Origin: an uncultured Candidatus Saccharibacteria bacterium
GTDB lineage: Bacteria; Patescibacteriota; Minisyncoccia; Phycocordibacterales; PALSA-1337
Assembly (NCBI GenBank): GCA_964600255.1
Contig: CAZRIX010000003.1
Location: 6,476 to 70,475, forward strand
Direction: 5' to 3'
DNA: 64,000 nucleotides
This document shows, in pieces, positions 39,247 to 49,806 of the stretch; within the stretch, counting starts at the first letter, position 1; every line of letters starts with the position of its first letter. The notes under the pieces are model-generated. The model had not been told where the DNA came from, did no database searches, and saw only the letters and a list, made by a program, of their open reading frames with translations. Position numbers and translations under genes: made by a program.

Positions 39247-39489
39247 TTATATAATCCCTGCTTTCTTTAGAGTGGCGAATGCGCCTCTTTTCTGGATTGT
39301 CTTTAGACCTCTTGTTGAGATAGTTAGGTTAAAAGACTTCTTTAATTCTGGTACGTAAATCTTCTTCTTCTGTAGGTTTGGATACTTGCGAACCATTCCT
39401 GTTGGGTTGAATTGAGTAGCACGAGTAGCGTTAGAATAGCCACCTGCCACCATTGAACCTCTCTTTGTTATTGCGCATACTTTAGCCAT
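39247..39489 (-). CDS. rpmB: 50S ribosomal protein L28
   Basis: MAKVCAIT, R...PNLQ and ISTRGLKT motifs. Confidence 0.9.
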   Translation of the reverse strand: MAKVCAITKRGSMVAGGYSNATRATQFNPTGMVRKYPNLQKKKIYVPELKKSFNLTISTRGLKTIQKRGAFATLKKAGII

Positions 39490-39531
39490 AGTGTTTAACA
39501 TGCTATCATAATAAATATATAACGCAAGTAC

Positions 39532-40146
39532 ATGATAGACCAAATAACAATATTTCAAATATTAATCCTAGTTATGTCAGTGGTAATACACGAGCTTTCT
39601 CATGGCTATGTAGCTGACATGTTGGGAGATCCTACCCCTAGAATACAAGGTAGATTAACACTAAATCCATTCAAACACCTAGATCTAGTGGGTTCATTTA
39701 TCGTACCACTTACAACTTATATGCTCGGCGGTTTCGCATTTGGTTGGGCCAAGCCAGTTCAGTGGAATCCATATAATGTAAAGAATAAAAGAACAGGGGA
39801 GTTACTCATATCGATAGCAGGGCCACTATCCAATATCACAATCGCTTTAGTTTTTGGGATGATATTGAGATTCTTTGCAGAATCTTTACCAATACCATTT
39901 GTTCAGATATCAGCATATATAGTTGTGATCAACCTCGTTCTGGCTATATTCAATATGGTGCCAGTGCCACCACTTGATGGCTCTAAGGTATTGTTTTCAA
40001 TCTTGCCGGTCAAATATATAGGTATACGTGAGACTATGGAAAGATACTCAGTAGTGCTGTTTGTGTTTATGATATTTTTTCTCTGGGGATTCGTGGAGCC
40101 TATAGTGCCTTTGGTATTTAAGTTGATTACGGGGTTGGGTATTTAG
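39532..40146 (+). CDS. Site-2 protease (peptidase M50)
   Basis: HELSH, AGPLSN and FNMVPVPPLDG motifs. Confidence 0.93.
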   Translation: MIDQITIFQILILVMSVVIHELSHGYVADMLGDPTPRIQGRLTLNPFKHLDLVGSFIVPLTTYMLGGFAFGWAKPVQWNPYNVKNKRTGELLISIAGPLSNITIALVFGMILRFFAESLPIPFVQISAYIVVINLVLAIFNMVPVPPLDGSKVLFSILPVKYIGIRETMERYSVVLFVFMIFFLWGFVEPIVPLVFKLITGLGI

Positions 40147-40172
40147 TTAATGTAGGGGTTTGCTGTTTTTAT

Positions 40173-40200
40173 TTGCCTTTTCCTTCTAATGTGATAGAGT
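40173..40200 (+). promoter_or_regulatory. Putative rpsL promoter
   Basis: TTGCCT-16 bp-TAGAGT with an extended TG. Confidence 0.45.
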
Positions 40201-40336
40201 ACTTTCACGTCCAAAAACGGCAAAGGGGTGAGTAACCGCTTGGTGAAAACAATCAACCCAATGTGATCAATCGCAAGAAAGATATAGTTTTGGAGATTTA
40301 TTAAGTGCCCTAAGGTCATTTGACCAAATATTAAGA

Positions 40337-40756
40337 ATGCCAACAATCAATCAATTGATTCGTAAGAATCGCAAGAGATTTATTAGAAAGCCAAAGTCAA
40401 TCGCTTTGACTAGAAGTTTTAATAGTATTGAGAACCGTCCAAGTTACCTAGCATCTCCATTCAAGAGAGGTGTATGTATTAAGGTTACAACAAAGACACC
40501 TAAGAAGCCTAACTCAGCTGTTCGTAAGATCGCCCGCGTTAGACTATCAAATGGTCTTGAAGTTACTGCTTACATCCCAGGAGAAGGACATAATCTACAG
40601 GAACACTCAGTGGTTCTACTAAGAGGAGGACGTGTAAAGGACGTAGGTCTACGTTATACAGTTGTTCGTGGAGTTCTAGATGCAGCTGGAGTAGAGAAGA
40701 GACGCAAGGGTCGAAGTCAATACGGTAACAAGAAGCCAAAGGCAGCAAAGGTCTAA
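40337..40756 (+). CDS. rpsL: 30S ribosomal protein S12
   Basis: [17 protein letters not shown] and GHNLQEHS motifs. Confidence 0.97.
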   Translation: MPTINQLIRKNRKRFIRKPKSIALTRSFNSIENRPSYLASPFKRGVCIKVTTKTPKKPNSAVRKIARVRLSNGLEVTAYIPGEGHNLQEHSVVLLRGGRVKDVGLRYTVVRGVLDAAGVEKRRKGRSQYGNKKPKAAKV

Positions 40757-40782
40757 CCTATTAACATCAATAATATAAAAAT

Positions 40783-41253
40783 ATGAGAAGAAGAATAAAG
40801 AATAAGCATGTACTTAAGCCTGAACCAGTATTCGAAAGTGTAAAGGTTTCTAAGCTTATAAACTATGTTATGGACTCAGGAAAGAAGAGTACAGCTCGCA
40901 AGGTAGTTTATGATTGTTTTGATGTTATCAAGGAAAAGACAAAGACAGAAACTCCACTAGAAGTTTTTGAGACAGCTTTGAAGAATACTATGCCAGCTAT
41001 GGAAGTACGTGCAAGACGTGTTGGAGGTGCTAACTATCAGGTTCCTCGTGAAGTTCGCCCAGAGAGACAGCGTGCACTATCTATGAAGTGGATCGTATTG
41101 GCAGCTCGCTCAAAGAAGGGAAAGCCAATGGCCGAGAAACTTGCTGATGAGATTATCGCTGCTTCAAAGAATGAAGGAGAGGCAGTTAAGAAGCGTGAGA
41201 ACACACACAAGATGGCAGAAGCCAACAAGGCCTTCGCTCACTTTGCTTGGTAA
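40783..41253 (+). CDS. rpsG: 30S ribosomal protein S7
   Basis: RRVGGANYQVP and HKMAEANKAFAH motifs. Confidence 0.97.
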   Translation: MRRRIKNKHVLKPEPVFESVKVSKLINYVMDSGKKSTARKVVYDCFDVIKEKTKTETPLEVFETALKNTMPAMEVRARRVGGANYQVPREVRPERQRALSMKWIVLAARSKKGKPMAEKLADEIIAASKNEGEAVKKRENTHKMAEANKAFAHFAW

Positions 41254-41271
41254 TCTACTACGTTTACTTAT

Positions 41272-41302
41272 AAAAGAAGCACCCGAAAGGGTGTTTTCTT
41301 TT
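41272..41302 (+). terminator. Intrinsic terminator after rpsG
   Basis: GCACCC-GAAA-GGGTGT stem with a T tract. Confidence 0.8.
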
Positions 41303-41355
41303 TATTATCTAAAATGATAAAGTTATAGGATTATTTCTTAATTTCATAAATAAAT

Positions 41356-43143
41356 ATGAAGAAAAATGAATCATTGCATGAATTGCTAGGTGGTTTGAAG
41401 AAATCCATTTCACGTGCACTGAATCATAAGAGGTTGTTTCTAATGGTGATTTTCTTGAGCATTCTTACTGCTGTACTCTCTCCGGTCAACCAGTTAATTT
41501 GGTCAAAAGTAATCGATGGCATTACTTACAATTTGGCGGATCAAATAGGTGTGTTTGGATATGTTTTCCCAAGTATATTTGCAACTGTTGCGTTGTATGT
41601 AATTTTCCTTACCGTCACCGCTGGACTTGAGAGATATATGTATGTGGTGAATGCAGAGCTTAGAGAGGTTTTGAGGGTAACATACCTAGCTGATCTGGCA
41701 TATCACATCTTCAGACTTCCGCTATCGGTAACTAGGTCCATTAAACATGGAGAGTTTACAGAAAGTAGTCGAAAGGCTTCATCCGGTCTAGCTGAGCTTA
41801 TATCCAACTACGTGGTTACTACTGGTTCAGATATGCTAAGTGCTGTAATAGCAGTAGGGATTATATTTTATAACAATCAACTTATAGGTGCGGTAACGGT
41901 TGTTGGTATACTAGTAGCAATATTGGTTTCAACAAGAGATTCAGATAAAATACTGAAGCTTGAGAAACAGAGTCTCGCTAACTATAAAAAGGCCGGAGGA
42001 TTTTATGATGATTCTATTGTAAATATTAAAAACATTAAAGACACTGCATATGAGGGTATTACATATAAGTCATTGTTAGAACATTGGCTTAAAAACGCAT
42101 TTCCGTTATGGCTAAAACTCCAAACGTTCAAGAGAGTAAGTTCGTACAAAGTATATCTCATCACACAAGTAGTAAGAGCAACCGTGCTTTCGTACTCGGT
42201 GTATTTGATCATAGAAGGGCAGTTCACACTTGGTATTTTAATACTCTTGAATAGCTTTGTCCGTGACTGTATAGATCCATTTATAAGTTTACTTAATAAT
42301 TGGAGAGAAATTCAAACAAGAATTATAAGTATAAATGAATCGGAACACCTACTATCTTTAGCTCCAGAGAAATACAATGAAGGCTCAGGATTCCAGTTTA
42401 AAAATGGTGATATAAATTTTGAAAGCGTAACTTTCTCACACCAAGGTAATTCACAGGAGACGTTAAACAATGTGAGTTTTGATATTAAGAATGGTGAAAA
42501 GGTTGCGATAGTGGGAGAGTCTGGTGTAGGTAAGACAACAATAATCGATATTATATTGGGTTACCATAACCTAAATAGCGGCAAGTTACTTATAGATGGA
42601 AAGCCTCTGACTGATCATGATCTGAATTTCTTACGTACAAATACAGCTCTAGTTCCACAAGATACGGTGCTATTTAACGATACGGTTAAGAATAATATTT
42701 TGTTTGGAACAAAGACCGAGGTATCAGAAGAACAATTACAGAAAATAGCCAAGGATTCTCATTGCCTAGATTTTATTAATAAATTTGATTTGAAATGGGA
42801 TCAATTGGTGGGAGACAGAGGAATAAAGCTTTCTGGTGGCCAAAGACAGAGAATTGCTATTGCACGTGCAATGCTTAGAAGTCCAAAGATATTGATTCTC
42901 GATGAACCAACTTCTGCATTAGATGCTGGTACTGAGAAGATTATTACAGAATCACTAGAGAGACTAATGGAAGGTAGGACCACAATAATCATCGCCCATC
43001 GTCTATCGACAGTTCGAAAGGCAGATAAAATAATTGTGTTGAAGAACGGCCAGGTGGTTGAGGTTGGTACACATATAGAGCTATTGAAAATAGAAGGCGG
43101 GGAATACAAGAGACTACATGATTTACAGATAGGACTGGCCTAG
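41356..43143 (+). CDS. ABC exporter, fused TMD-NBD (MsbA-like)
   Basis: GESGVGKT, LSGGQRQR, ILDEPTS and IAHRLST motifs, with an N-terminal TM domain. Confidence 0.92.
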   Translation: MKKNESLHELLGGLKKSISRALNHKRLFLMVIFLSILTAVLSPVNQLIWSKVIDGITYNLADQIGVFGYVFPSIFATVALYVIFLTVTAGLERYMYVVNAELREVLRVTYLADLAYHIFRLPLSVTRSIKHGEFTESSRKASSGLAELISNYVVTTGSDMLSAVIAVGIIFYNNQLIGAVTVVGILVAILVSTRDSDKILKLEKQSLANYKKAGGFYDDSIVNIKNIKDTAYEGITYKSLLEHWLKNAFPLWLKLQTFKRVSSYKVYLITQVVRATVLSYSVYLIIEGQFTLGILILLNSFVRDCIDPFISLLNNWREIQTRIISINESEHLLSLAPEKYNEGSGFQFKNGDINFESVTFSHQGNSQETLNNVSFDIKNGEKVAIVGESGVGKTTIIDIILGYHNLNSGKLLIDGKPLTDHDLNFLRTNTALVPQDTVLFNDTVKNNILFGTKTEVSEEQLQKIAKDSHCLDFINKFDLKWDQLVGDRGIKLSGGQRQRIAIARAMLRSPKILILDEPTSALDAGTEKIITESLERLMEGRTTIIIAHRLSTVRKADKIIVLKNGQVVEVGTHIELLKIEGGEYKRLHDLQIGLA

Positions 43144-43247
43144 ATTTCTTATATATTCAATCTCCGGTACTAATCCCTTTGCTTTTTACCTTATTTTAGG
43201 GTAATCTAAACTTCTATATTAGTTCAATTTATTCATTAATTTAATTT

Positions 43248-45392
43248 ATGCAAAGAGACTACCCATTAGAGAAAGTTCGTAATTTCGGTATCATTGCCCA
43301 CATTGATGCTGGTAAAACAACAACATCAGAGAGAATCCTTTATTACACAGGAATGATTCACAAGATCGGAGAGGTGCACGATGGTGCAACTACTACTGAC
43401 TGGATGGAACAGGAAAGAGAGCGTGGTATTACTATTACTGCGGCTGCTATTACTTGTTTCTGGAATCCGTCTTACATGCCAAAGACAGATACTTCAAAGA
43501 AGGTTCGCTTTAATGTTATCGACACACCAGGACACATCGACTTTACCGTAGAGGTGAAGCGTTCTCTCCGTGTTCTAGACGGTGCAGTTGTGGTTTTTGA
43601 CGGTGTTGCTGGGGTAGAGCCACAGTCTGAAACAAACTGGAGATATGCCGATGAGAGTAATGTGCCTCGTCTTTGCTTTATTAACAAGATGGATAGAATG
43701 GGAGCGTCTTTTGAGAGATCATACCAGTCAATTCTAGATAGACTAAACAAGAAAGCAGTTAGATTCCAAATTCCAATCGGAACAGAAGGAGATCACAATG
43801 GTGTTATCGACCTTTTGAAAATGAAGGCCTATTACTTTGAGGGAGAGAAGGGTATAAATATTATAGAAAAGGAAATCCCAGCTGAGTTCATGGATGATGC
43901 CAAGAAGTATCATGCAGAGCTTATCGAAAAGGCGGTTGAACACAACGATGTTTTGATGCAACAGTATCTAGATGGTAAAGAGATTCCAGTAGAAACAATC
44001 AAGGCTGAGGTTAGAAAGCTTGTTATTGAGAACAAAATGTTCCCAGTATTTACAGGTTCAGCCCTAAAGAACGTTGGAGTTCAGCTAGTTCTAGATGCAG
44101 TGGTTGACTACCTTCCAGCTCCTACAGATATCAAGGCTGTTAAGGGAACTGATCCTAATACAGGAGAAGAAATCTTCCGCGGTCCTTCAGATGAAGAGCC
44201 ATTTGCAGCTCTAGCTTTCAAACTACAGAACGATCCATTCGTAGGTCAGCTAACATTCTTCCGAGTATATTCTGGAACAATAGAGTCTGGAACATATATC
44301 TACAACTCAAGTACAGGCAAGAAGGAGAGACTAGGTCGTATCGTTCGTCTACAGGCTGACAAGCGTGAAGAAGTAAAGAAAGTTTATGCCGGTGAAATTG
44401 CCGCAGCTGTAGGTCTGAAAGATGCTCTTACATCTCACACTTTCTGTGATGAGAATAAGCCAATCGTTCTTGAAACAATCAAATTCTTGGAACCAGTGGT
44501 GTCTCTACGTGTTGAACCAAAGACAAAGGCTGACCAGGAGAAAATGGGTATGGCACTCAAGAAGCTTGCAAACGAAGATCCAACATTCAAGATTTCTTCA
44601 AATAGTGAGACAGGAGAAACAATCATCTCAGGTATGGGCGAGCTACACCTAGACATCATGGTTGATCGTATGAAGCGTGAATTCGGAGTTGAAACAACAG
44701 TAGGTAAGCCACAGGTAGCCTACCGTGAGACAATCCTTGGTACAGCTGAAGCTGAACACAAGTATATCAAGCAGTCTGGAGGTAAGGGTCAATACGGTCA
44801 CGTAAAGATCAACATCAAGCCTATGGAGAAGCTTGAACCAGGTGCAAAGGTTCCAAAGAATATTAGTCGTTACGATGATTTCGAATTCATCGACTCAATC
44901 AAGGGAGGTGTTATTCCAAATGAATTCATTCCAGCAGTTGAGAAGGGTGTTCATGAGGCTATGGATCGTGGAGTTGTTGCTGGATTTAGAATGGTAAACG
45001 TCAGTTGTGAACTTACATTTGGTTCATACCACGATGTGGACTCATCTGAAATCGCCTACAAGATCGCTGGATCTCAGGCATTCCAGGAAGCAGCAAAGCG
45101 TGCAAAGCCAGTTATCCTTGAACCTATCATGAAGCTTGAAGTTCTTTTCCCAGACAAGTTCATGGGAGACGTAACAGGAAGTATTTCATCAAAGAGAGGA
45201 ACAATTGAGGAAATGACAGAGAGAGGACAGGCAAAAGTTCTACACGCTATGGTACCTCTATCAGAAATGTTCGGATACACAACACAATTGCGTTCAATGA
45301 CTTCAGGTCAGGGAAGCGCAACAATGGAATTCGATCACTACGAGGTAGTTCCAAAGAACGTAGAGGCTTCAATCGTTGAAGCAAGGAAGTAA
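43248..45392 (+). CDS. fusA: Elongation factor G
   Basis: AHIDAGKTT, ERGITI, DTPGH, NKMD and GMGELHL motifs. Confidence 0.98.
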   Translation: MQRDYPLEKVRNFGIIAHIDAGKTTTSERILYYTGMIHKIGEVHDGATTTDWMEQERERGITITAAAITCFWNPSYMPKTDTSKKVRFNVIDTPGHIDFTVEVKRSLRVLDGAVVVFDGVAGVEPQSETNWRYADESNVPRLCFINKMDRMGASFERSYQSILDRLNKKAVRFQIPIGTEGDHNGVIDLLKMKAYYFEGEKGINIIEKEIPAEFMDDAKKYHAELIEKAVEHNDVLMQQYLDGKEIPVETIKAEVRKLVIENKMFPVFTGSALKNVGVQLVLDAVVDYLPAPTDIKAVKGTDPNTGEEIFRGPSDEEPFAALAFKLQNDPFVGQLTFFRVYSGTIESGTYIYNSSTGKKERLGRIVRLQADKREEVKKVYAGEIAAAVGLKDALTSHTFCDENKPIVLETIKFLEPVVSLRVEPKTKADQEKMGMALKKLANEDPTFKISSNSETGETIISGMGELHLDIMVDRMKREFGVETTVGKPQVAYRETILGTAEAEHKYIKQSGGKGQYGHVKINIKPMEKLEPGAKVPKNISRYDDFEFIDSIKGGVIPNEFIPAVEKGVHEAMDRGVVAGFRMVNVSCELTFGSYHDVDSSEIAYKIAGSQAFQEAAKRAKPVILEPIMKLEVLFPDKFMGDVTGSISSKRGTIEEMTERGQAKVLHAMVPLSEMFGYTTQLRSMTSGQGSATMEFDHYEVVPKNVEASIVEARK

Positions 45393-45418
45393 GTGTTCAT
45401 AAGTTAATTATATTATTG

Positions 45419-45454
45419 CAAAAAGGACTGGTATACTTATCCCAGTCCTTTTTG
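45419..45454 (+). terminator. Terminator hairpin with -10 box in the loop
   Basis: CAAAAAGGACTGG-TATACTTATC-CCAGTCCTTTTTG. Confidence 0.75.
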
Positions 45455-45479
45455 TATTGATTATTATTTAAAACTTATT

Positions 45480-48400
45480 ATGAATAAATTTATTAAAGCC
45501 ATCAGTCTATTATCATTTGTCCTAGTATTTTGCGTTACATTTTTTGCTCAGAATACTAACGCTCAATCTAGTTATTTAAATACTGGAGTAACTATTAATA
45601 AGGCTACAGATCTAAACCCTACTACTTTTGCTGGAACTAGATATATTCCTTATAATACAAATCCAAATATATCTCCTTTCTCCCTCACGTTAAATTTTAG
45701 TGGTGGACCTGTTTCCGGCAGTGATTTAAACATGGATGTATATATAGTGCTAAAAAAGGCAGACGGTACGATGACAAAGGTTGCTACTTTCAACTATAAT
45801 GAAAACGCTTGTACCAGAAGATGTTACGATCAAACCATTCCCACACCTACATCTAAGTGGGGCAGTAGTACCAAGATTCCTTTGTGGCAAACCATTAAGA
45901 TACCAAACGAGGCTGAACCAGGAAACTATTCTATACGAGTTGCATTTCGTAGAGGAAACACTTATGCAAAAATGCTTCCTGGGCCTGGTGTAGTTGAATA
46001 CAATGACTCAATCCTTGAATCAGGAGTCATACCATCTTATGAGGTTGGAACATTTGCAGTTGTTGTGCCATGTACAAAAAATATTGATAGTCATTATACA
46101 TTCAATACGAACTCAAATTATGCAGTGAATGGATTCAGTGGACCAGAAGTTGTAATTCTTCAAAATGTTCTCAAGTCAATGGGATTCTATGAACGTGGCA
46201 TTAATGGATCATATGATTCTTATACAGCAACTGCAGCGAAGAAATTTCAAAAAAGTATAGGAGTACCTGAAACAGGAATAGGTTTTCTGCCCAGTCTAAA
46301 TGACTACTGTGATTCACAGGTTAAACCTGTAATTACACGAATTACAAAGACAAATGCTGATGGTAGTGTTGTAGAGGCAAAAAGTGCATATTACGGTCAG
46401 ATAATAACTATTGAGGGAAGAAACTTTTTTACAGGATCAAACAATAGCTACAAGGGAGGAGCCCTGTCATTGGTAGAGTTTGGACCTTATAATGCATACT
46501 CAGTACCAATATCTGTAGAACCAAATAAAATTGTGGCCAGAGCACGAAGTACACAATACTCTGATGACAGCTACATTATGATAGATAATCGTGGGGTAAA
46601 ATCAGAAAGAATTCCATTTAGAGTAGGAGGAGGTAGTTATGTATTTGGTGAACCAGAGATAACCAAAATTAATGGAAAACCTGCACGGTATGATGCTACA
46701 CCACCTGTTGTTAAATTGGGTGAGATATTAAAATTGGAAGGTGTAGATTTTAACCTTGGTGATATTGCAAAAGCTACATTTACCGGACCTGTCTCAGAAG
46801 TAGTTCCAGTCACAGATGTAACAAATACAAGTGCTTATGTGAAGGTGCCACTTTCTCTAAGTAAAGCGCAAGTTTTTTCTATTCGTTTCATGAATGCAGC
46901 AGGGGAGAGCAAGGGTAATTCAGTGTCCGTACGTATCGCGGGAAATATTGATCCCGCTATCACATTCATCACTCCAGATAGTTTATTCCCCGGAGAAGAA
47001 ATTAAGGCGATAGGTACTGATTTTTCTGGTAATCTGAAGATGTATCTTACAAAAGGTAGTGATAGTGTAATATTGCCTAGTATTCCTACACCAAGTGACG
47101 CAAACTATGTTTTAAGATATAAGATACCATCTGATATCGCGAGTGGTGAATATAGTGTGTCATTAAGGACAGGAAACGGAATCGAAGATAATAAGAGCAA
47201 TTCTGTGCCTTTGATAGTTAAATATAATGACACGGTTGCGCCCTCAGCTCCATCAAAACCAGTGTCTACTCGAATAAATTCAGATTCTATTAGACTGGAT
47301 TGGACCGCTTCTACCGATAATGTTGGAGTGCTTGGTTATGATGTTTATAGGGGTGGTGCAAGATTGCCAAGAGTTGGTACAAACAGTATTGTATTAGATA
47401 AAATTAATCAGACAGTACCCGAGAAGTTTAGTGTGGTTGCTGTCGATGCGGCTGGAAATTATTCCCCATCATCACCATACCTAGAAATAAATTTGCCACC
47501 AGCTCCTGTTTTGATTTCGGTAACACCGAATTCTACTAAAAAGTTTCAATACATTACTGTTAAGGGAACTAATCTAGCAACTGTACGTCCTGATTACGCT
47601 GCCATGGGAGATCTTTCTATAGTGTTACCAAACTCTTCAAACATAAAATTGCCAGTACTACCACCATACTCTTCTAATTATACCGAGATTTATACCGTAA
47701 TACCGGATTTACCTCCTGGTGAGTATGGACTGAGAATTAGTACATACACTGGAACATCTAATACATTAAAATTTACTATATTACCTGAAGTTTCTAGTGT
47801 GCCAACTGTAGTACGTCAAGCTCCTGTAATTACATCTATTACACCTGGTAAGCTTAAGTCTGGAGAAAAGCTGGTTATCACGGGTAAGAATTTTCTTAGT
47901 GATGGAGTCTCTGCCGCTACAGAAGTATCAGACGTAATCCTTACAAACTCAAGTAATGTGACCGTAGCAAGAGCAACTATACTTTCACAGTCAAATACTA
48001 GAGTAGAGGTACAAATACCATCCAATCTACAGGGTCTGTACAATGTCGTGATCGTCACTGTAGGGTCAGGAAAAAGTAATCCATGGACGGTCGTGGTTGA
48101 GCCTACCACCACCCAGGCGCCAGCTACTCCCGTCACTCCACCAGTAGCTCCAACCAGAACTCCAGCACCAGTAATTAACTCTGTTTTACCTCTAGGTGCT
48201 AGGGCAGGAGATACAGTAACTCTATACGGATCAAATTTCACAGGAGTAATATCTGACCTAATATCTATATCAGACTCAAGGGGTTCTATAAGTCCAGAAG
48301 TAATGTATTCTGCATCAGCAAGTTCTGTAACATTCAAGATGCCAAATCTACCTGCAGGTACATATTATGTAGAATTAACTGCAAATAGTGGTACATCAAA

Positions 48401-48773
48401 CAGAATTGTATTGAATGCACTACAGCCTACTGTGCAGATATCAACACCTTACATATCATCAATATCACCAAGTAGTGCAAAGCCAAACACCCTCATAACC
48501 CTTACAGGAACAAACTTCGAAGGTGTAACTTCAGACCTATTGTTTATTGAAAACTCTAGTGGATCAACTTATCTAGATGTTGTTTCTTCTTCAGCAACTA
48601 GTGTAACATTCAGAGTTCCAAACATACCCGCAGGTACATACAAGGTATACCTATTTGCTGACAAAGGTGAATCAAATTGGGTAGACTTTACAGTACAGAG
48701 TGGTGTATCAACCCTACAAAGTATTGTACAGACAGCTACAGTATTTGATTGGTTCATATCATTGTTCCGGTAG
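45480..48773 (+). CDS. Large secreted surface protein: peptidoglycan-binding domain, multiple IPT/TIG repeats, FN3
   Basis: Signal peptide, PG-binding motif (EVVILQNVL..GF..TAAKKFQ), P.I.SI.P...ITLTG.NF repeats, FN3 (WTASTDNVGV.GY) and tail TATVFDWFISLFR. Confidence 0.85.
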   Translation: MNKFIKAISLLSFVLVFCVTFFAQNTNAQSSYLNTGVTINKATDLNPTTFAGTRYIPYNTNPNISPFSLTLNFSGGPVSGSDLNMDVYIVLKKADGTMTKVATFNYNENACTRRCYDQTIPTPTSKWGSSTKIPLWQTIKIPNEAEPGNYSIRVAFRRGNTYAKMLPGPGVVEYNDSILESGVIPSYEVGTFAVVVPCTKNIDSHYTFNTNSNYAVNGFSGPEVVILQNVLKSMGFYERGINGSYDSYTATAAKKFQKSIGVPETGIGFLPSLNDYCDSQVKPVITRITKTNADGSVVEAKSAYYGQIITIEGRNFFTGSNNSYKGGALSLVEFGPYNAYSVPISVEPNKIVARARSTQYSDDSYIMIDNRGVKSERIPFRVGGGSYVFGEPEITKINGKPARYDATPPVVKLGEILKLEGVDFNLGDIAKATFTGPVSEVVPVTDVTNTSAYVKVPLSLSKAQVFSIRFMNAAGESKGNSVSVRIAGNIDPAITFITPDSLFPGEEIKAIGTDFSGNLKMYLTKGSDSVILPSIPTPSDANYVLRYKIPSDIASGEYSVSLRTGNGIEDNKSNSVPLIVKYNDTVAPSAPSKPVSTRINSDSIRLDWTASTDNVGVLGYDVYRGGARLPRVGTNSIVLDKINQTVPEKFSVVAVDAAGNYSPSSPYLEINLPPAPVLISVTPNSTKKFQYITVKGTNLATVRPDYAAMGDLSIVLPNSSNIKLPVLPPYSSNYTEIYTVIPDLPPGEYGLRISTYTGTSNTLKFTILPEVSSVPTVVRQAPVITSITPGKLKSGEKLVITGKNFLSDGVSAATEVSDVILTNSSNVTVARATILSQSNTRVEVQIPSNLQGLYNVVIVTVGSGKSNPWTVVVEPTTTQAPATPVTPPVAPTRTPAPVINSVLPLGARAGDTVTLYGSNFTGVISDLISISDSRGSISPEVMYSASASSVTFKMPNLPAGTYYVELTANSGTSNRIVLNALQPTVQISTPYISSISPSSAKPNTLITLTGTNFEGVTSDLLFIENSSGSTYLDVVSSSATSVTFRVPNIPAGTYKVYLFADKGESNWVDFTVQSGVSTLQSIVQTATVFDWFISLFR

Positions 48774-48785
48774 GTGTTTATAAGA
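48732..48785 (+). repeat. 54-bp exact direct repeat, copy 1
   Basis: ACAGCTACAGTATTTGATTGGTTCATATCATTGTTCCGGTAGGTGTTTATAAGA, identical to 49765-49818. Confidence 0.95.
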
Positions 48786-48796
48786 GTATCGCGATC

Positions 48797-48834
48797 AATA
48801 AAATAACTGGTATACTAATACCAGTTATTTTATT
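48797..48834 (+). terminator. Terminator hairpin overlapping a -10 box
   Basis: 17-bp perfect stem AATAAAATAACTGGTAT/ATACCAGTTATTTTATT containing TGgTATACT. Confidence 0.75.
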
Positions 48835-48852
48835 ATTTAACTTTAATTAACA

Positions 48853-49806
48853 ATGAAGAGATTACTATGCTTAAAATCCGGCTTTCTAGTATTTTTTATA
48901 TTCATATCGGTTATTTACATTACCGAAGTTTCAGCTGCGCCAAAACCCCCAACATCAGTAATTTTTGATTCAGAAGTTAAAGCATCAGTGTCTGTGGCGT
49001 ACAGTTGTGTCGATTCTAAACTATGTGAATCGCGATTAATTAATAGATCAGAACGTAGTGATTATCTATTCAGTAGTAAATCACACAAGGGTCCAAGTTC
49101 TATACAATCAAATAGTTATACAAAGGAGACAAAGGCCACAAGTGATTCAATGAGATATCCAGACGAGGTATCTAAAAATGGTTCTTATGAGATAGAAAAG
49201 GGTACTGGGGATCTATATACAGTATCTAAGAATAAAGGAAGAACACTTACAAGTACTCGTGTAAAAGTAGAGAATCAAAGAGAAGTGGTATGGACTGATC
49301 TATATTCGGTTAATGGTAAAGACGAGGTTGTAAATAATGCAGGTGGTGTAGAGTCAAGATTGAATTATGAAGGCAGTGTTGCCAAAGGTCTGGCTTTGGT
49401 CGGGGGTGAGCCTAATAAGTTATATAAAGTTTCTGTGGTAGTAGATGCAACTACATGGAAGCTTGGTAATGTGATTTCTGGTGCAAGTATCTCATTTGAT
49501 GAGAAAGTAAATGACAAAATACCTTGTAGTGCTATAAGTATTAGTACTGTTAAGCTGGACAAGAGCTGTAAGATTGATTTCGAGATGAGTGGCGGTCAGA
49601 TGATACCCATTACACCGTCAGTTAAGGGTTACCCTAGATATAAATACTCTATTCAAGTACTAAGCATTACAAGTATTAATGGTAAAGCATCACCAACGGC
49701 TGTTCAATCTCCTGAGCAAAAGCCAGCCCAAACAATTTCAAAGGAAAATGCACTGGTCACTATTACAGCTACAGTATTTGATTGGTTCATATCATTGTTC
49801 CGGTAG
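48853..49806 (+). CDS. Secreted hypothetical protein with shared C-terminal tail
   Basis: Signal peptide (VSA-A) and Cys pairs. Ends TATVFDWFISLFR. Confidence 0.8.
   Translation: MKRLLCLKSGFLVFFIFISVIYITEVSAAPKPPTSVIFDSEVKASVSVAYSCVDSKLCESRLINRSERSDYLFSSKSHKGPSSIQSNSYTKETKATSDSMRYPDEVSKNGSYEIEKGTGDLYTVSKNKGRTLTSTRVKVENQREVVWTDLYSVNGKDEVVNNAGGVESRLNYEGSVAKGLALVGGEPNKLYKVSVVVDATTWKLGNVISGASISFDEKVNDKIPCSAISISTVKLDKSCKIDFEMSGGQMIPITPSVKGYPRYKYSIQVLSITSINGKASPTAVQSPEQKPAQTISKENALVTITATVFDWFISLFR

Noticed and set aside
40143-40346. 67-aa minus-strand ORF upstream of rpsL
   Set aside because: It overlaps the rpsL promoter and leader and has no recognisable motif.
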